A DNA stretch of 47,701 nucleotides from Desulfobacterales bacterium (GCA_050124355.1 JASFFJ010000001.1:1-47701); one strand, 5' to 3'. Shown: positions 39,193 through 47,701, numbered from the stretch's first letter. The notes: generated by a model from the sequence alone, not told the origin. Made by a program: numbers and translations.

Positions 39193-39891
39193 ATGCAAAT
39201 GCTGCTTGAATTAAAAAACATCAACTATAAGTATCCCGGCTCCACCAACGACGTCTTCAAAAATCTGACTTGCGCCATCACCACGCCCGGCTTCCACGCG
39301 CTGTTCGGTCCCTCGGGTGTCGGTAAAACAACCCTGGCTAAAATGATTTGCGGTAAAATGAATGATTTCCATGGTGAGATGGCCACCAACGCGATGGATC
39401 GCATCCTGTATACGTATAATTTAGAAAGACTTCCGGGTTGGTCGAGTGTTCGGGAGCATCTGGAATTAAACATACCCGCTTCCAACAAATCGATCGTTGC
39501 CGAACTGATAGACTCATTTGGAATTGAAGCCTTGATGGCATCCCGGTTTGCGCAGCTATCGCTGGGACAGCAAAACCGCACCAACCTGACCCGCTATCTG
39601 CTTCAGGATTTTGACCTACTGATCATGGATGAAAGCCTCGCTAATGTTGACGAAATCACCAAAGAAAAAATCATCCAAAAAATAAAAGAAATGTTTCCGG
39701 ATCGTTGTTTTTTGTACATATCCCATAACGTGGTCGAAGTGGCAACCTACTGTGATCAAATCCTTGTGCTGCGCAGTCACCATAAAGTTCCTCAAGCCGT
39801 TACGATCTGCGGTCAAAATCATACAAAAGACCGGGAGCTGGATAAAACCGCGCTTGAACAAACCATGCTGGAGATCGTAAATGCTTCATAG
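39193..39891 (+). CDS. ABC transporter ATP-binding protein (NitT/TauT-type)
   Basis: GPSGVGKT, LSLGQ (variant signature), LLIMDE, YISHN. Confidence 0.85.
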   Translation: MQMLLELKNINYKYPGSTNDVFKNLTCAITTPGFHALFGPSGVGKTTLAKMICGKMNDFHGEMATNAMDRILYTYNLERLPGWSSVREHLELNIPASNKSIVAELIDSFGIEALMASRFAQLSLGQQNRTNLTRYLLQDFDLLIMDESLANVDEITKEKIIQKIKEMFPDRCFLYISHNVVEVATYCDQILVLRSHHKVPQAVTICGQNHTKDRELDKTALEQTMLEIVNAS

Positions 39892-40639
39892 GCGCATATA
39901 TCAATTTTTTATCATCTATGTTTCCGGCCTGGTGCTGTTACTGATAATTAAATACAGTTTGAATCTTTCGGATTACGTCATCCCCAGCCCCGGTGAAATT
40001 TGGCAAACCGCCCGACAATTCTTACCGGTTTATTTTACGGCCGTGATTAATACCCTTTCGGTTGCAATCCTCGGTCATATTCTGTCGATCTGCCTGGCAA
40101 CCTCGGTCGCGGTAATCGGTCGCTTGACGATCTGGGTGGGGTCTTTTATTCGGGTGGCGGCCTATAATATTCAGGCCTATCCCATCGTAGCAGTGGCACC
40201 GATTATCTTTATTTTGCTGGGCGACGGCTTGTCTACCCGGTTGTTGATTGCCGCCATGATCTGCTACTTTCCCTTACTGCTTTCATTTATCGGCATATTT
40301 TCCGAGCCTATTTCTGAAATCGAGCATTTTTTCGATTCCACCCGGCGAATGACATGGTGGCTGCAGATCAAAATTCGTGCATTTGAAAACATCAACAAAT
40401 TGATCACGGTCATCGTTGGCAGTGCAACCCTGGCGATGGTGGGCACGATCGTGGCAGAATTTATTGCCGCCGATGCTGGCATCGGTTACAGCATTCGTAT
40501 CGCCCTGTTTCAAAGTGATCTGGCAAAGATTCTGGTGGCGCTTTTTCTGATTGGGGTGTGCACCTCATTGTATTTAGTCTTATTGGAATGGATTGGTCAT
40601 AGGATTCAAAAAAGATGGGAGGTTCCCAAAGGAGGTTAA
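39881..40639 (+). CDS. ABC transporter permease (NitT/TauT-type)
   Basis: YVIPSP, QAYPIVAVAP, GTIVAEFIAADAGIGY. Confidence 0.85.
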   Translation: MLHRRIYQFFIIYVSGLVLLLIIKYSLNLSDYVIPSPGEIWQTARQFLPVYFTAVINTLSVAILGHILSICLATSVAVIGRLTIWVGSFIRVAAYNIQAYPIVAVAPIIFILLGDGLSTRLLIAAMICYFPLLLSFIGIFSEPISEIEHFFDSTRRMTWWLQIKIRAFENINKLITVIVGSATLAMVGTIVAEFIAADAGIGYSIRIALFQSDLAKILVALFLIGVCTSLYLVLLEWIGHRIQKRWEVPKGG

Positions 40640-40640
40640 C

Positions 40641-41648
40641 ATGAGACCGCAACAACAACGCATATTAGGGTATATGATGGTCGCCGTCGTCATCAGTGCT
40701 TGCATTGGCGGCATGAGTTCAAATTTAAGAGCCCAGGAAAATGAGGAGGTCGCCTACCGGCTGAAATGGCTGTTTAACGTCAGTGTGGTCGGTGACTTGT
40801 GGGCGGACGTCAACGGCAATTTTGCCAAAAACGGACTTAAGGTGGCCGTAAAAGCGGGGGGACCGGAACGTGATGCCATCAAAGAGATCGAGCTCGGCCG
40901 AGCTCAGTTCGGAGTGGCTTCCGCCGATCAGGTGATTCGAGCGGTATCCAAGGGCGCACCGATTGTGGTGCTGGCCCAGTTGTTTCAGACCAATCCCTTG
41001 CACTGGATCTACCGGCCGGATAAAACCCCGTTCAAAGATCCAGCCGATTTCAAGGGCCGGGTAGTGGGTATTACCTTCGGGGGTAACGATGAAGCCATCA
41101 TGCGGGCGCTGCTGGCGAAACATAATATTGCGGACAGTGAGTTGAATCTTTTCAGTGTGCGCTATGACTACACACCATTTTACCAGGGAAAAGTCGATTT
41201 TTGGCCGCTTTATATCAATGCCCAGGCACCGATTATCGGCGCCAAACTGAAAAAAGCCGGCGAAAAGTACAGCTTTGTGGGGCCGGCTGATTTTGGCATC
41301 CAATTTGTGGCCAATTCGGTGGTCACCTCGGAAAAGATGTTGGAATCCAGCCCGGATACCGTTAAGCGGTTTGTCGCTGCACTGCTCCAGGGCTGGCGCG
41401 AAGCGCTAGATCCGGCCAACAAAGAAAATGCCATCAAGACCGTATTGCAGTTTAACAAAGAGACCCCGGAGGCCATTGTACGCCAACAGCTGCCGGTTAC
41501 ACGCAAACTCATGCTGCCGGAGCCGGATTTCGAATTTGGCAAAATTGATGTGGCGGCCTGGAAACAGACCGAAGAAATCATGCTGATGCAAAAACTGATT
41601 GAAGCCCCCGTTCAGATAGAAGACAGATTGAAACCGGTTGCTGAATAG
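40641..41648 (+). CDS. NMT1/THI5-like ABC substrate-binding protein
   Basis: Signal peptide; YRLKW, AGGP, AQFGVASAD, DFKGRVVG; ATG 40641 follows GGAGG. Confidence 0.85.
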   Translation: MRPQQQRILGYMMVAVVISACIGGMSSNLRAQENEEVAYRLKWLFNVSVVGDLWADVNGNFAKNGLKVAVKAGGPERDAIKEIELGRAQFGVASADQVIRAVSKGAPIVVLAQLFQTNPLHWIYRPDKTPFKDPADFKGRVVGITFGGNDEAIMRALLAKHNIADSELNLFSVRYDYTPFYQGKVDFWPLYINAQAPIIGAKLKKAGEKYSFVGPADFGIQFVANSVVTSEKMLESSPDTVKRFVAALLQGWREALDPANKENAIKTVLQFNKETPEAIVRQQLPVTRKLMLPEPDFEFGKIDVAAWKQTEEIMLMQKLIEAPVQIEDRLKPVAE

Positions 41649-41730
41649 ATACAGGCTTTTTCCGAGACTACACTCGGAAAAAGTGGCCGCTGTGGAGCAA
41701 TTATCAATGACAAAATTGGAACTGCAATTG

Positions 41731-41901
41731 CCACCCCAGATAAACCGGAAATAACAAATTGCAAGCACCAACTTACAAATAAATCCCAAATCGCAAAAAG
41801 CCAAATCTCAAATAAGACCAAAAGCCAATAGTTTGGGATTTTGAATTTCGGTCATTGTAACTTGTTTGTTATTTGTGTTTTGTAATTTGAATATTTTACT
41901 A
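41731..41901. repeat. AT-rich intergenic repeat family A, copy 3 (inverted, empty site)
   Basis: Reverse complement similar to 18341-18509. Confidence 0.85.
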
Positions 41902-41964
41902 AAACCTTACGTTCCATAGAACAAGTTGTCAAATAGAACCCAATAGGGGTTTAGGAGAGTAACC

Positions 41965-42390
41965 ATGACGGATGCCAAATTTGAAAAGGTGTCACCTAAC
42001 GACAAACCGCTGTACGGTCCCCGCAAGCTGCTGCTATGCGGATTTTCTCAAAGCGTTCAGCCTAACTTTAATAAGCTACTAGAATTAATTGGTTTATCCG
42101 ATATACCCAAAGTCTGGGTAACCGAGAACCAGGGCGAGATTCGGGTCGGCGAACTTGTCGAACTTCAGGATAACACAGGATATGGCGTTCCATCGGAGCT
42201 GCCGCGAGCCATTATTATGGCCGGAATTACCCAAAATGAGATGCACACGTTGATGAGCGGTTGCCGTAAATCCAAGATGAAACAAACGCTATGGGCCACC
42301 CTGACGCCAACCTCGGAAACCTGGACGATAAAAAGCTTGCTAACCGAGCTAGCGGCTGAACACGAGATGATGCAGCAGCGGAAACGTTAG
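41965..42390 (+). CDS. DUF3783-like protein
   Basis: PLYGPRKLLLCGF and LWATLTPTSETWT..LLTELAAEH; AGGAG RBS. Confidence 0.7.
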   Translation: MTDAKFEKVSPNDKPLYGPRKLLLCGFSQSVQPNFNKLLELIGLSDIPKVWVTENQGEIRVGELVELQDNTGYGVPSELPRAIIMAGITQNEMHTLMSGCRKSKMKQTLWATLTPTSETWTIKSLLTELAAEHEMMQQRKR

Positions 42391-43727
42391 AAACCGATTT
42401 TTTTCTCAACCCCCAATAAAACGTCATCCAGCAGGTCGATGATATCGTCAATTTCTTTTTTACGGACAATAAAGGCCGGTCCCAGCATCATCATATCACC
42501 GGCCTGCCCTCGCTCACAACCGCCGGAAGTTTCGAGTACCAGACCCTTTTTCTGGGCTTCGTGGTGTAAAAGCACCCAGAACTTGATGGCCGGATCTAGC
42601 GGTTCTTTGGTCTCCTTATTTTTAACGAACTCGACTCCCCGCATTAAACCTTCTCCGCGGATATCTCCCACAATCGGATGTGACCGCAATCCTTCCAGCT
42701 TTTCTGCCAGATAATCACCCATTTCGGCACAACGCTGCACAAGATTGCTCTCATCAATCAGATCCATCGTTTTATTGGCCACTGCAGCTCCCACCGGATT
42801 GCCGGACCAGGTGTGGCCGGCGGCAAATATTCCGGACCCCTTTGCGATCGTATCAACGACCTTAGCGTTCACCGCCGCAGCACCCAATGGGAAATAACCG
42901 CCGGCAATTCCTTTCCCTAAGGCAATCACATCCGGCGGGGTTTCGAAGTGTTCATAAGCAAAATATTTACCGGTGCGGCCGAAACCGGTCATCACCTCGT
43001 CTAAAATGAGCAACACGCCGAACTTGTTGCAGATTTCACGGATTTTTTTGAAATAATCCCGTCTGGGCGCCGCCGCACACAATGACATCCCTGAAAAGGG
43101 TTCGGCAATAAAAGCGGCGACGGTTTCCGGCCCCTGCATCATGATTTCGTTTTCCAGGGCCTGGGCACACTCCAGATCACAATCGGCCGGGGTTTTATTA
43201 AACCAGCAGCGGTAGCAGTAGGCCGGAGCAATATGGTAGGTACTCGGGATATAGGGCACATAATTGGCGCGTCGATACGGAAATCCTGACAGCGCCAAAG
43301 ACCCCATGGTGATACCGTGGTAACTCAACCAGCGAGAAATCACTTTAAACTTTGATGGATTCCCACTATCTATCTGATAAGTGCGGGCTAATTTGATGGC
43401 GATCTCGGTGGCCTCTGATCCTCCGGACACCAAGAAAACCCGGTCCATGACACCATCGGTTTTCTCACAGATTCTGGCGCAGCATTCTTCCAATTCCGGC
43501 GTCGTAAAATCCATGCGAAATACATAGGAAGCTTTCAAGGTCTGTTCTTTAAGGACATCGGCAATTTCCTCGTTCCCATAACCGAGACTGCAAAGAATCG
43601 GTCCACTGCTGGCATCCATATAGCGCTTGCCCGTATTGTCGTATAAATAAATACCCTCACTTTTGACAATCGAAGGATAATCCCGATTGAGATATACACT
43701 GATGGAGTGGTTTCTTTTCACTGGCAT
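42387..43727 (-). CDS. Class III (PLP) aminotransferase
   Basis: YMDASSG, SGGSEATE, SYHG, LILDEVMTGFGRTG, LGKG, GHTWSGNP. ATG 43727 is preferred (track start is 43790). Confidence 0.93.
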   Translation of the reverse strand: MPVKRNHSISVYLNRDYPSIVKSEGIYLYDNTGKRYMDASSGPILCSLGYGNEEIADVLKEQTLKASYVFRMDFTTPELEECCARICEKTDGVMDRVFLVSGGSEATEIAIKLARTYQIDSGNPSKFKVISRWLSYHGITMGSLALSGFPYRRANYVPYIPSTYHIAPAYCYRCWFNKTPADCDLECAQALENEIMMQGPETVAAFIAEPFSGMSLCAAAPRRDYFKKIREICNKFGVLLILDEVMTGFGRTGKYFAYEHFETPPDVIALGKGIAGGYFPLGAAAVNAKVVDTIAKGSGIFAAGHTWSGNPVGAAVANKTMDLIDESNLVQRCAEMGDYLAEKLEGLRSHPIVGDIRGEGLMRGVEFVKNKETKEPLDPAIKFWVLLHHEAQKKGLVLETSGGCERGQAGDMMMLGPAFIVRKKEIDDIIDLLDDVLLGVEKKIGF

Positions 43728-43802
43728 GGTTGAATTCCTTGAGCATTTTGGATTGATATAGATTAGATTGCAGAGAACTGCTATACGCATAAAATTTTCA
43801 GA

Positions 43803-44933
43803 TCATAATGATTTCATTTTAAGCCACTCTTTAAATAGCGGATCAACGACTTCCCAGTGAGCGGTCGTTTCACTTTTTTCAATCAGATCTTCTTTGGTCA
43901 ACACATTGATGCTTCGTTGTATCCCTCCGGTTGATCTAAGGTTATGTCTGATCATATAGTCTGTGGAGTATAGTTTTTTACAAGGTTCCTTCGCTATCGC
44001 GGTCAAAACCGCTATTTGTTTGGCCGTTAGCTGCCGCAAAATCGACTCAAAAAGCGCCTTCTCGCTTTCCATAACCAATTGGTAGGTTTCAGAAATATCA
44101 TTTTGCATCACTTTTTTTTCAATGAGGTTGAATAGAAAAAAGCAAAATTTTTGCACGTAATACGGGTGTTGCTTTAGCATCTTGCAGATATTTGCTGCAG
44201 TTTGCGGTTCAATGCGTTTCCCGGATCCCGTAAACCGTGAAACGATGAAGGAAGATAGATCTTTTAGTGGAAGTGATTTCAGCTCGTAATTAATGGCGCT
44301 TTGAAAAAAAGGTCTTTTTCGATTGTTAAACATATCGAGCAAAATTCGTCGCCGGCTGCCGACAAAAACAAATGCGCATTGGATTTTTTGAATATGATGT
44401 CTTAACGTTCCTTCTACACCAATTGATTTGTCAACTTCAGTAATCTCCTGAAATTCGTCCAGCACAATATGGACCGGCATGGAAACATCCTCAATGAAAT
44501 TTTCCAGCGATACCAAGGTATCATCGAGAAGATCAAGCCCACCGGATGTAAACGCGGGTTGAACGGATAAGGAAATTCCGCCATCCGCGCTTGGAGACAA
44601 GACGGGTCGATATGATGTTAAAAATCTTATAGATTTCTTAAACAAGCTTTCTTTGTCTTGAGTTATCGAATAAATTGATTTGGTAATTTTTCCCGCAATT
44701 TCCTCGATTGAAGAAACGCCGAACAAATCACAATAAGCGGTCAGGGTTCCGTCAGATTTAAGCTTATCCTGGACCCTTTTTATGAGAGATGTTTTACCGA
44801 ATCGCCGGGGTGAATAAAGAAGGGTATTTGACCTGGCAGCAGCGAAACCAAGCAGATCTGACTGTTCTTTTTCTCGATCGCAGAAAGCGCCCTTCACAGG
44901 GATCTCTTTTAGCGTGAAAGGATTTCCAGACAT
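43803..44933 (-). CDS. Archaeal-type AAA ATPase with C-terminal winged helix
   Basis: NPF...FCDREKE, SPRRFGKTS, IVLDEFQ, GSRR, HPYYVQ, VDPLFKEWL. Confidence 0.85.
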   Translation of the reverse strand: MSGNPFTLKEIPVKGAFCDREKEQSDLLGFAAARSNTLLYSPRRFGKTSLIKRVQDKLKSDGTLTAYCDLFGVSSIEEIAGKITKSIYSITQDKESLFKKSIRFLTSYRPVLSPSADGGISLSVQPAFTSGGLDLLDDTLVSLENFIEDVSMPVHIVLDEFQEITEVDKSIGVEGTLRHHIQKIQCAFVFVGSRRRILLDMFNNRKRPFFQSAINYELKSLPLKDLSSFIVSRFTGSGKRIEPQTAANICKMLKQHPYYVQKFCFFLFNLIEKKVMQNDISETYQLVMESEKALFESILRQLTAKQIAVLTAIAKEPCKKLYSTDYMIRHNLRSTGGIQRSINVLTKEDLIEKSETTAHWEVVDPLFKEWLKMKSL

Positions 44934-44948
44934 TTTTCTCTCCTTTTT

Positions 44949-45000
44949 TGCTTTATTAAAGCATCGCTATTAAAGCAAAAAAAATTGCTTGAATCAAGCA
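44949..45000 (-). promoter_or_regulatory. Repeated 15-bp palindromes overlapping a candidate sigma70 promoter (or terminator of the upstream gene)
   Basis: TGCTTTATTAAAGCA (44949-44963), half-site TATTAAAGCA, TGCTTGAATCAAGCA (44986-45000); minus strand TTGATT-17-TTTAAT. Confidence 0.5.
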
Positions 45001-45028
45001 AAAAATTTGAGATTTCTACGGGATGAAT

Positions 45029-45523
45029 TTAAAAGATACGGCCTTTTTTCCGGAATATGTATACAGTCGCGGCTAAGAGGAGTGCCGTAATCAATAGGTT
45101 CGGCCAGGCATTCAACTCCCACTGCCCTGCCCATATGAGTTTCCATCGATCTGAAAATGGATACAAATAAGAGATCGGCCATTGATAACCATCCGGTCCC
45201 CGCGAACCGACTAGATCGCCGAGAAGATGGAGATGGAAAACCACTAAGGCAAGAAATGCCGTCATCCACCGTCGGACGCCAAAAAGGACGGCCGTCACCG
45301 TGATCAGTAAGCCGAATGCTAAGTTGTGGCACCAGACATGGTGATATTTGCTGTACCAGAGAAGTGGTGATGTTGTATGCTCCGTTAGTATTTCAGCGAC
45401 AATACCCAGTCCGTCGATATCCGGCGCGACGCCTGCCAGGGTGACCACCACCCGGTCCCGGGTAGTGAGATCCGCCGTATTGGCAACGACCCAGCCTGTC
45501 AATAAATGGCTTATTGGATTCAT
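45029..45523 (-). CDS. Membrane metal-dependent hydrolase (YdjM/DUF457-like)
   Basis: MNPISH, APDID, YHHVWCHN, HLHLLGD. Confidence 0.8.
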   Translation of the reverse strand: MNPISHLLTGWVVANTADLTTRDRVVVTLAGVAPDIDGLGIVAEILTEHTTSPLLWYSKYHHVWCHNLAFGLLITVTAVLFGVRRWMTAFLALVVFHLHLLGDLVGSRGPDGYQWPISYLYPFSDRWKLIWAGQWELNAWPNLLITALLLAATVYIFRKKGRIF

Positions 45524-45835
45524 TGCAAAATCAGCACTTCGGGGCGTAAATTTTTTGAAATAATGTCTCCAGCAAGCGTGCGATCGTCAAAATTAACCCG
45601 AAAACCTGCTTTCCGGAAATTTCGTTCATACGTCATTTTTGAATAAAGCCACAGGTAATATCGTCAAAGGCGGAACAAGCCGGGGAACCTACCGTTTCAA
45701 GGGTTCGTAGGCGTTTCTTGTTAAAATTAAATCATCTCTCATTAAAATATGCAACTTTCAATATTTCTGACAGGATCAACGGGATATAGCGATACCAAAA
45801 AACAAATATACTGTTAATCCTGTCTAAATGAAGGA

Positions 45836-46165
45836 AGTTTACACGGGCGGGGACCGCTGGTCAAAACTTAGCAGGTCTGATCGAAAAAGAAACCTGACGA
45901 CATGGTAAGAAGTTATAACGCCTTTATAGCGTCATTCCGGCGAAGCTTGTGCCGGACTCGATCCGGTAGCCGGAATCCAGTATCGTCAGCAAATTCTGGA
46001 TGCCGGATCCGGGACCGGCATGACAAATTAAGGAATTCTTTCTATTTTATTTTTTTAAGCGCAAAGCGAAGCCTCCGGCTCGTAGGGATTGTAGCGCTTA
46101 CGCCTCGGAGAGCGACATCCACAATTCGTCAATCGACAATCGTCATTCGTCATTCCAGTTTCATA
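45836..46165. repeat. About 330-bp composite repeat, copy 2 (inverted)
   Basis: Reverse complement of 29726-30067. Confidence 0.9.
46071..46111 (-). mobile_element. Hairpin mini-insertion element, copy 5
   Basis: Minus strand TCTCCGAGGCGTAAGCGCTACAATCCCTACGAGCCGGAGGC. Confidence 0.75.
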
Positions 46166-46381
46166 GGAACGCCGCCTGTGAAGGCTTCTTGGATAAAATA
46201 AGGTTCTAGGCATCGAGTTTAATCTCGGAACTCCCTATCACTCCTGACTATAAAATCCTTTTGCGAACGATCTCCTGCTGTCTTCAAAATGAGGGCTTGT
46301 TGACAATTGGAAGCAGGGAACTTAGTTTAACCGCATTACAAACCTATATTTCAGATTGACAATTTAAAATGGAGATTATAA

Positions 46382-47059
46382 ATGGCTTTTGAAACCCGAG
46401 AAAAGGTATTAGAAAAAATACTTGAAGATAAAAAACCAAATTGCCCCCACTGCGGCCATGAAATGAACTTGTGGGAAGTTCCGCCTTTCAACGTCGGCGA
46501 CGGTCTCGGCTGGGGTGTTCCTTTTTTATATTTATGTTTTAATGATAAATGTTCCCTATACAGCCAGGGGTGGGATCATATCGAGGAAAATTACGCCCAT
46601 AAAGCATCCTATCGTTGCATGAACTATCCAGGTACCCAGCAATTCGAAATTATGCCGGTATACAGTGACATGGGCGGCAAGGCTCAAATCATCGATGAAC
46701 AGGCCCTTGCTGAAAAGGAAATTCTGAAAGAAGCCACCAAAAAAGGCTTCAGCGTTTTAGCCGATTGTTATGTAGCCAAAGACGGCCCAGCGATCCTGCA
46801 TATACTGACGGATTCCACCGAACCGGCCCGGGTCAGGCTAAAAGCCGCCGAAATGATCGGCGACATTGGTGAGTTAGAGGCCATTGAACCCATCGTTCAT
46901 CTCAAATTTGGCAATGAGATCTTACAGAAGGCGGTCGATGAAGCCATAAAAAAAATCCATAAAAGATTCTTTACCCGTGAATGCCCATTCTGCGCTGAAA
47001 TTATCAAGGAACGCGCCAAGGTATGTAAGCACTGTGGCCAGGAAGTCGCGGGCGTTTAA
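46382..47059 (+). CDS. Zinc-ribbon / HEAT-like repeat protein of unknown function
   Basis: CPHC, YLCFNDKC, VRLKAAEMIGDIG, CPFC...CKHC. Confidence 0.7.
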   Translation: MAFETREKVLEKILEDKKPNCPHCGHEMNLWEVPPFNVGDGLGWGVPFLYLCFNDKCSLYSQGWDHIEENYAHKASYRCMNYPGTQQFEIMPVYSDMGGKAQIIDEQALAEKEILKEATKKGFSVLADCYVAKDGPAILHILTDSTEPARVRLKAAEMIGDIGELEAIEPIVHLKFGNEILQKAVDEAIKKIHKRFFTRECPFCAEIIKERAKVCKHCGQEVAGV

Positions 47060-47119
47060 CGACAATTACCTCTCTCCTTTGCAAGAGCGTTTTATTTGAA
47101 AGCTTAAGGGAGATCGGTC

Positions 47120-47701
47120 ATGCACAATCAACCGGAATTCGATAAAATTTACCAAGAATATCAGCCGAGAATTCGCCCCTACCTGTCCCGAATTCTCGGA
47201 GGTCAGGCGGCTGAGGATATAGCCCAGGATGTCTTCGCCAAGGTCAGCCGCAGACTGGACAGCTTTAAAGGAAAATCATCGTTTTCCACCTGGATACATC
47301 GTATTAACACCAACACGGCTTTAGACAAATTGCGGTCGTCCTCTTTTAATCGCTCATCCGAATACACCCCACTGGAAGACAATGCCACAACAGAGGATCG
47401 GAGTGCCTGGACCGGGCAGGCTGAACCCACTGTCGGCCAGGAGCTCATACGCAAGGAATTGGGTGACTGCATGAGGGAATTTGTTGACAGGCTGCCGCCC
47501 GACTATAGAACCGTTCTGATTCTCAGCGAACTTGAGGGATTTAAAAATCGGGAGATCGCCGATATCCTGGAAATCTTCCTTGAAAACGTAAAAATAAGGC
47601 TTCACCGCGCAAGGGCCCGTCTGAAAAATGAATTGGATGTCGGCTGTAGTTTTTACCACAGTGAACAGGGCAACCTTGCGTGCGACCGAAAGTCTGTTGG
47701 T
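47120..47701 (+). CDS. ECF sigma-70 factor (3'-truncated; absent from the ORF track)
   Basis: Hand translation MHNQPEFDKIYQEYQPRI...AEDIAQDVF...FSTWIHRI..NTALDKLR...LPPDYRTVLILSELEGFKNREIADIL...VKIRLHRARARLK; GGGAG RBS. Confidence 0.9.
   Translation, partial: MHNQPEFDKIYQEYQPRIRPYLSRILGGQAAEDIAQDVFAKVSRRLDSFKGKSSFSTWIHRINTNTALDKLRSSSFNRSSEYTPLEDNATTEDRSAWTGQAEPTVGQELIRKELGDCMREFVDRLPPDYRTVLILSELEGFKNREIADILEIFLENVKIRLHRARARLKNELDVGCSFYHSEQGNLACDRKSVG

Noticed and set aside
45902-46201. 99-aa ORF (and 29906-30124, 12657-12857, 31883-32065, 19656-19901, 41612-41821)
   Set aside because: These are translations of intergenic repeat DNA.
47203-47659. Two minus-strand ORFs at the window end
   Set aside because: Shadows of the plus-strand ECF sigma factor.
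1-47701. tRNA, rRNA, prophage, integrase or cas genes
   Set aside because: None recognised by eye; a tRNAscan/Rfam run would be needed to exclude small RNAs.

Overview
A 47.7 kb chromosomal segment, probably from a Desulfobacterota (Desulfobacterales-like) bacterium. The taxon is inferred from gene content (Sfum_1244-like and DUF3783-like proteins, XdhC pair) and repeat style. Genes in order: 5'-truncated sucA-sucB-lpdA; ABM and LysE proteins; FlK-like thioesterase; vapBC; a sigma54-promoted 7-blade FG-GAP lipoprotein; SGNH hydrolase; M19 dipeptidase divergent from a dpp-type ABC operon; SPOR protein; OYE flavin oxidoreductase; Sfum_1244-like protein; a RAYT-type HUH transposase bracketed by perfect 24-bp inverted repeats; SLC13 and MFS transporters; split XdhC; lgt; a five-gene HMA2/P1B-ATPase operon plus TlpA; an NMT1-type ABC transporter; class III aminotransferase; AAA ATPase-wHTH; membrane hydrolase; zinc-ribbon protein; and a 3'-truncated ECF sigma factor that the ORF track missed. 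Four genes are decayed by deletion (YheT-like hydrolase, Xre antitoxin, hybrid kinase, ZraP-like). Intergenic DNA is dense with nested palindromic and heptamer repeats, including a 32-41 nt hairpin mini-element found five times, with both filled and empty sites visible. Candidate RNAs are an orphan anti-SD sRNA and a structured MFS leader. No tRNA, rRNA or CRISPR array was seen. All family assignments are by motif recognition, not database search.
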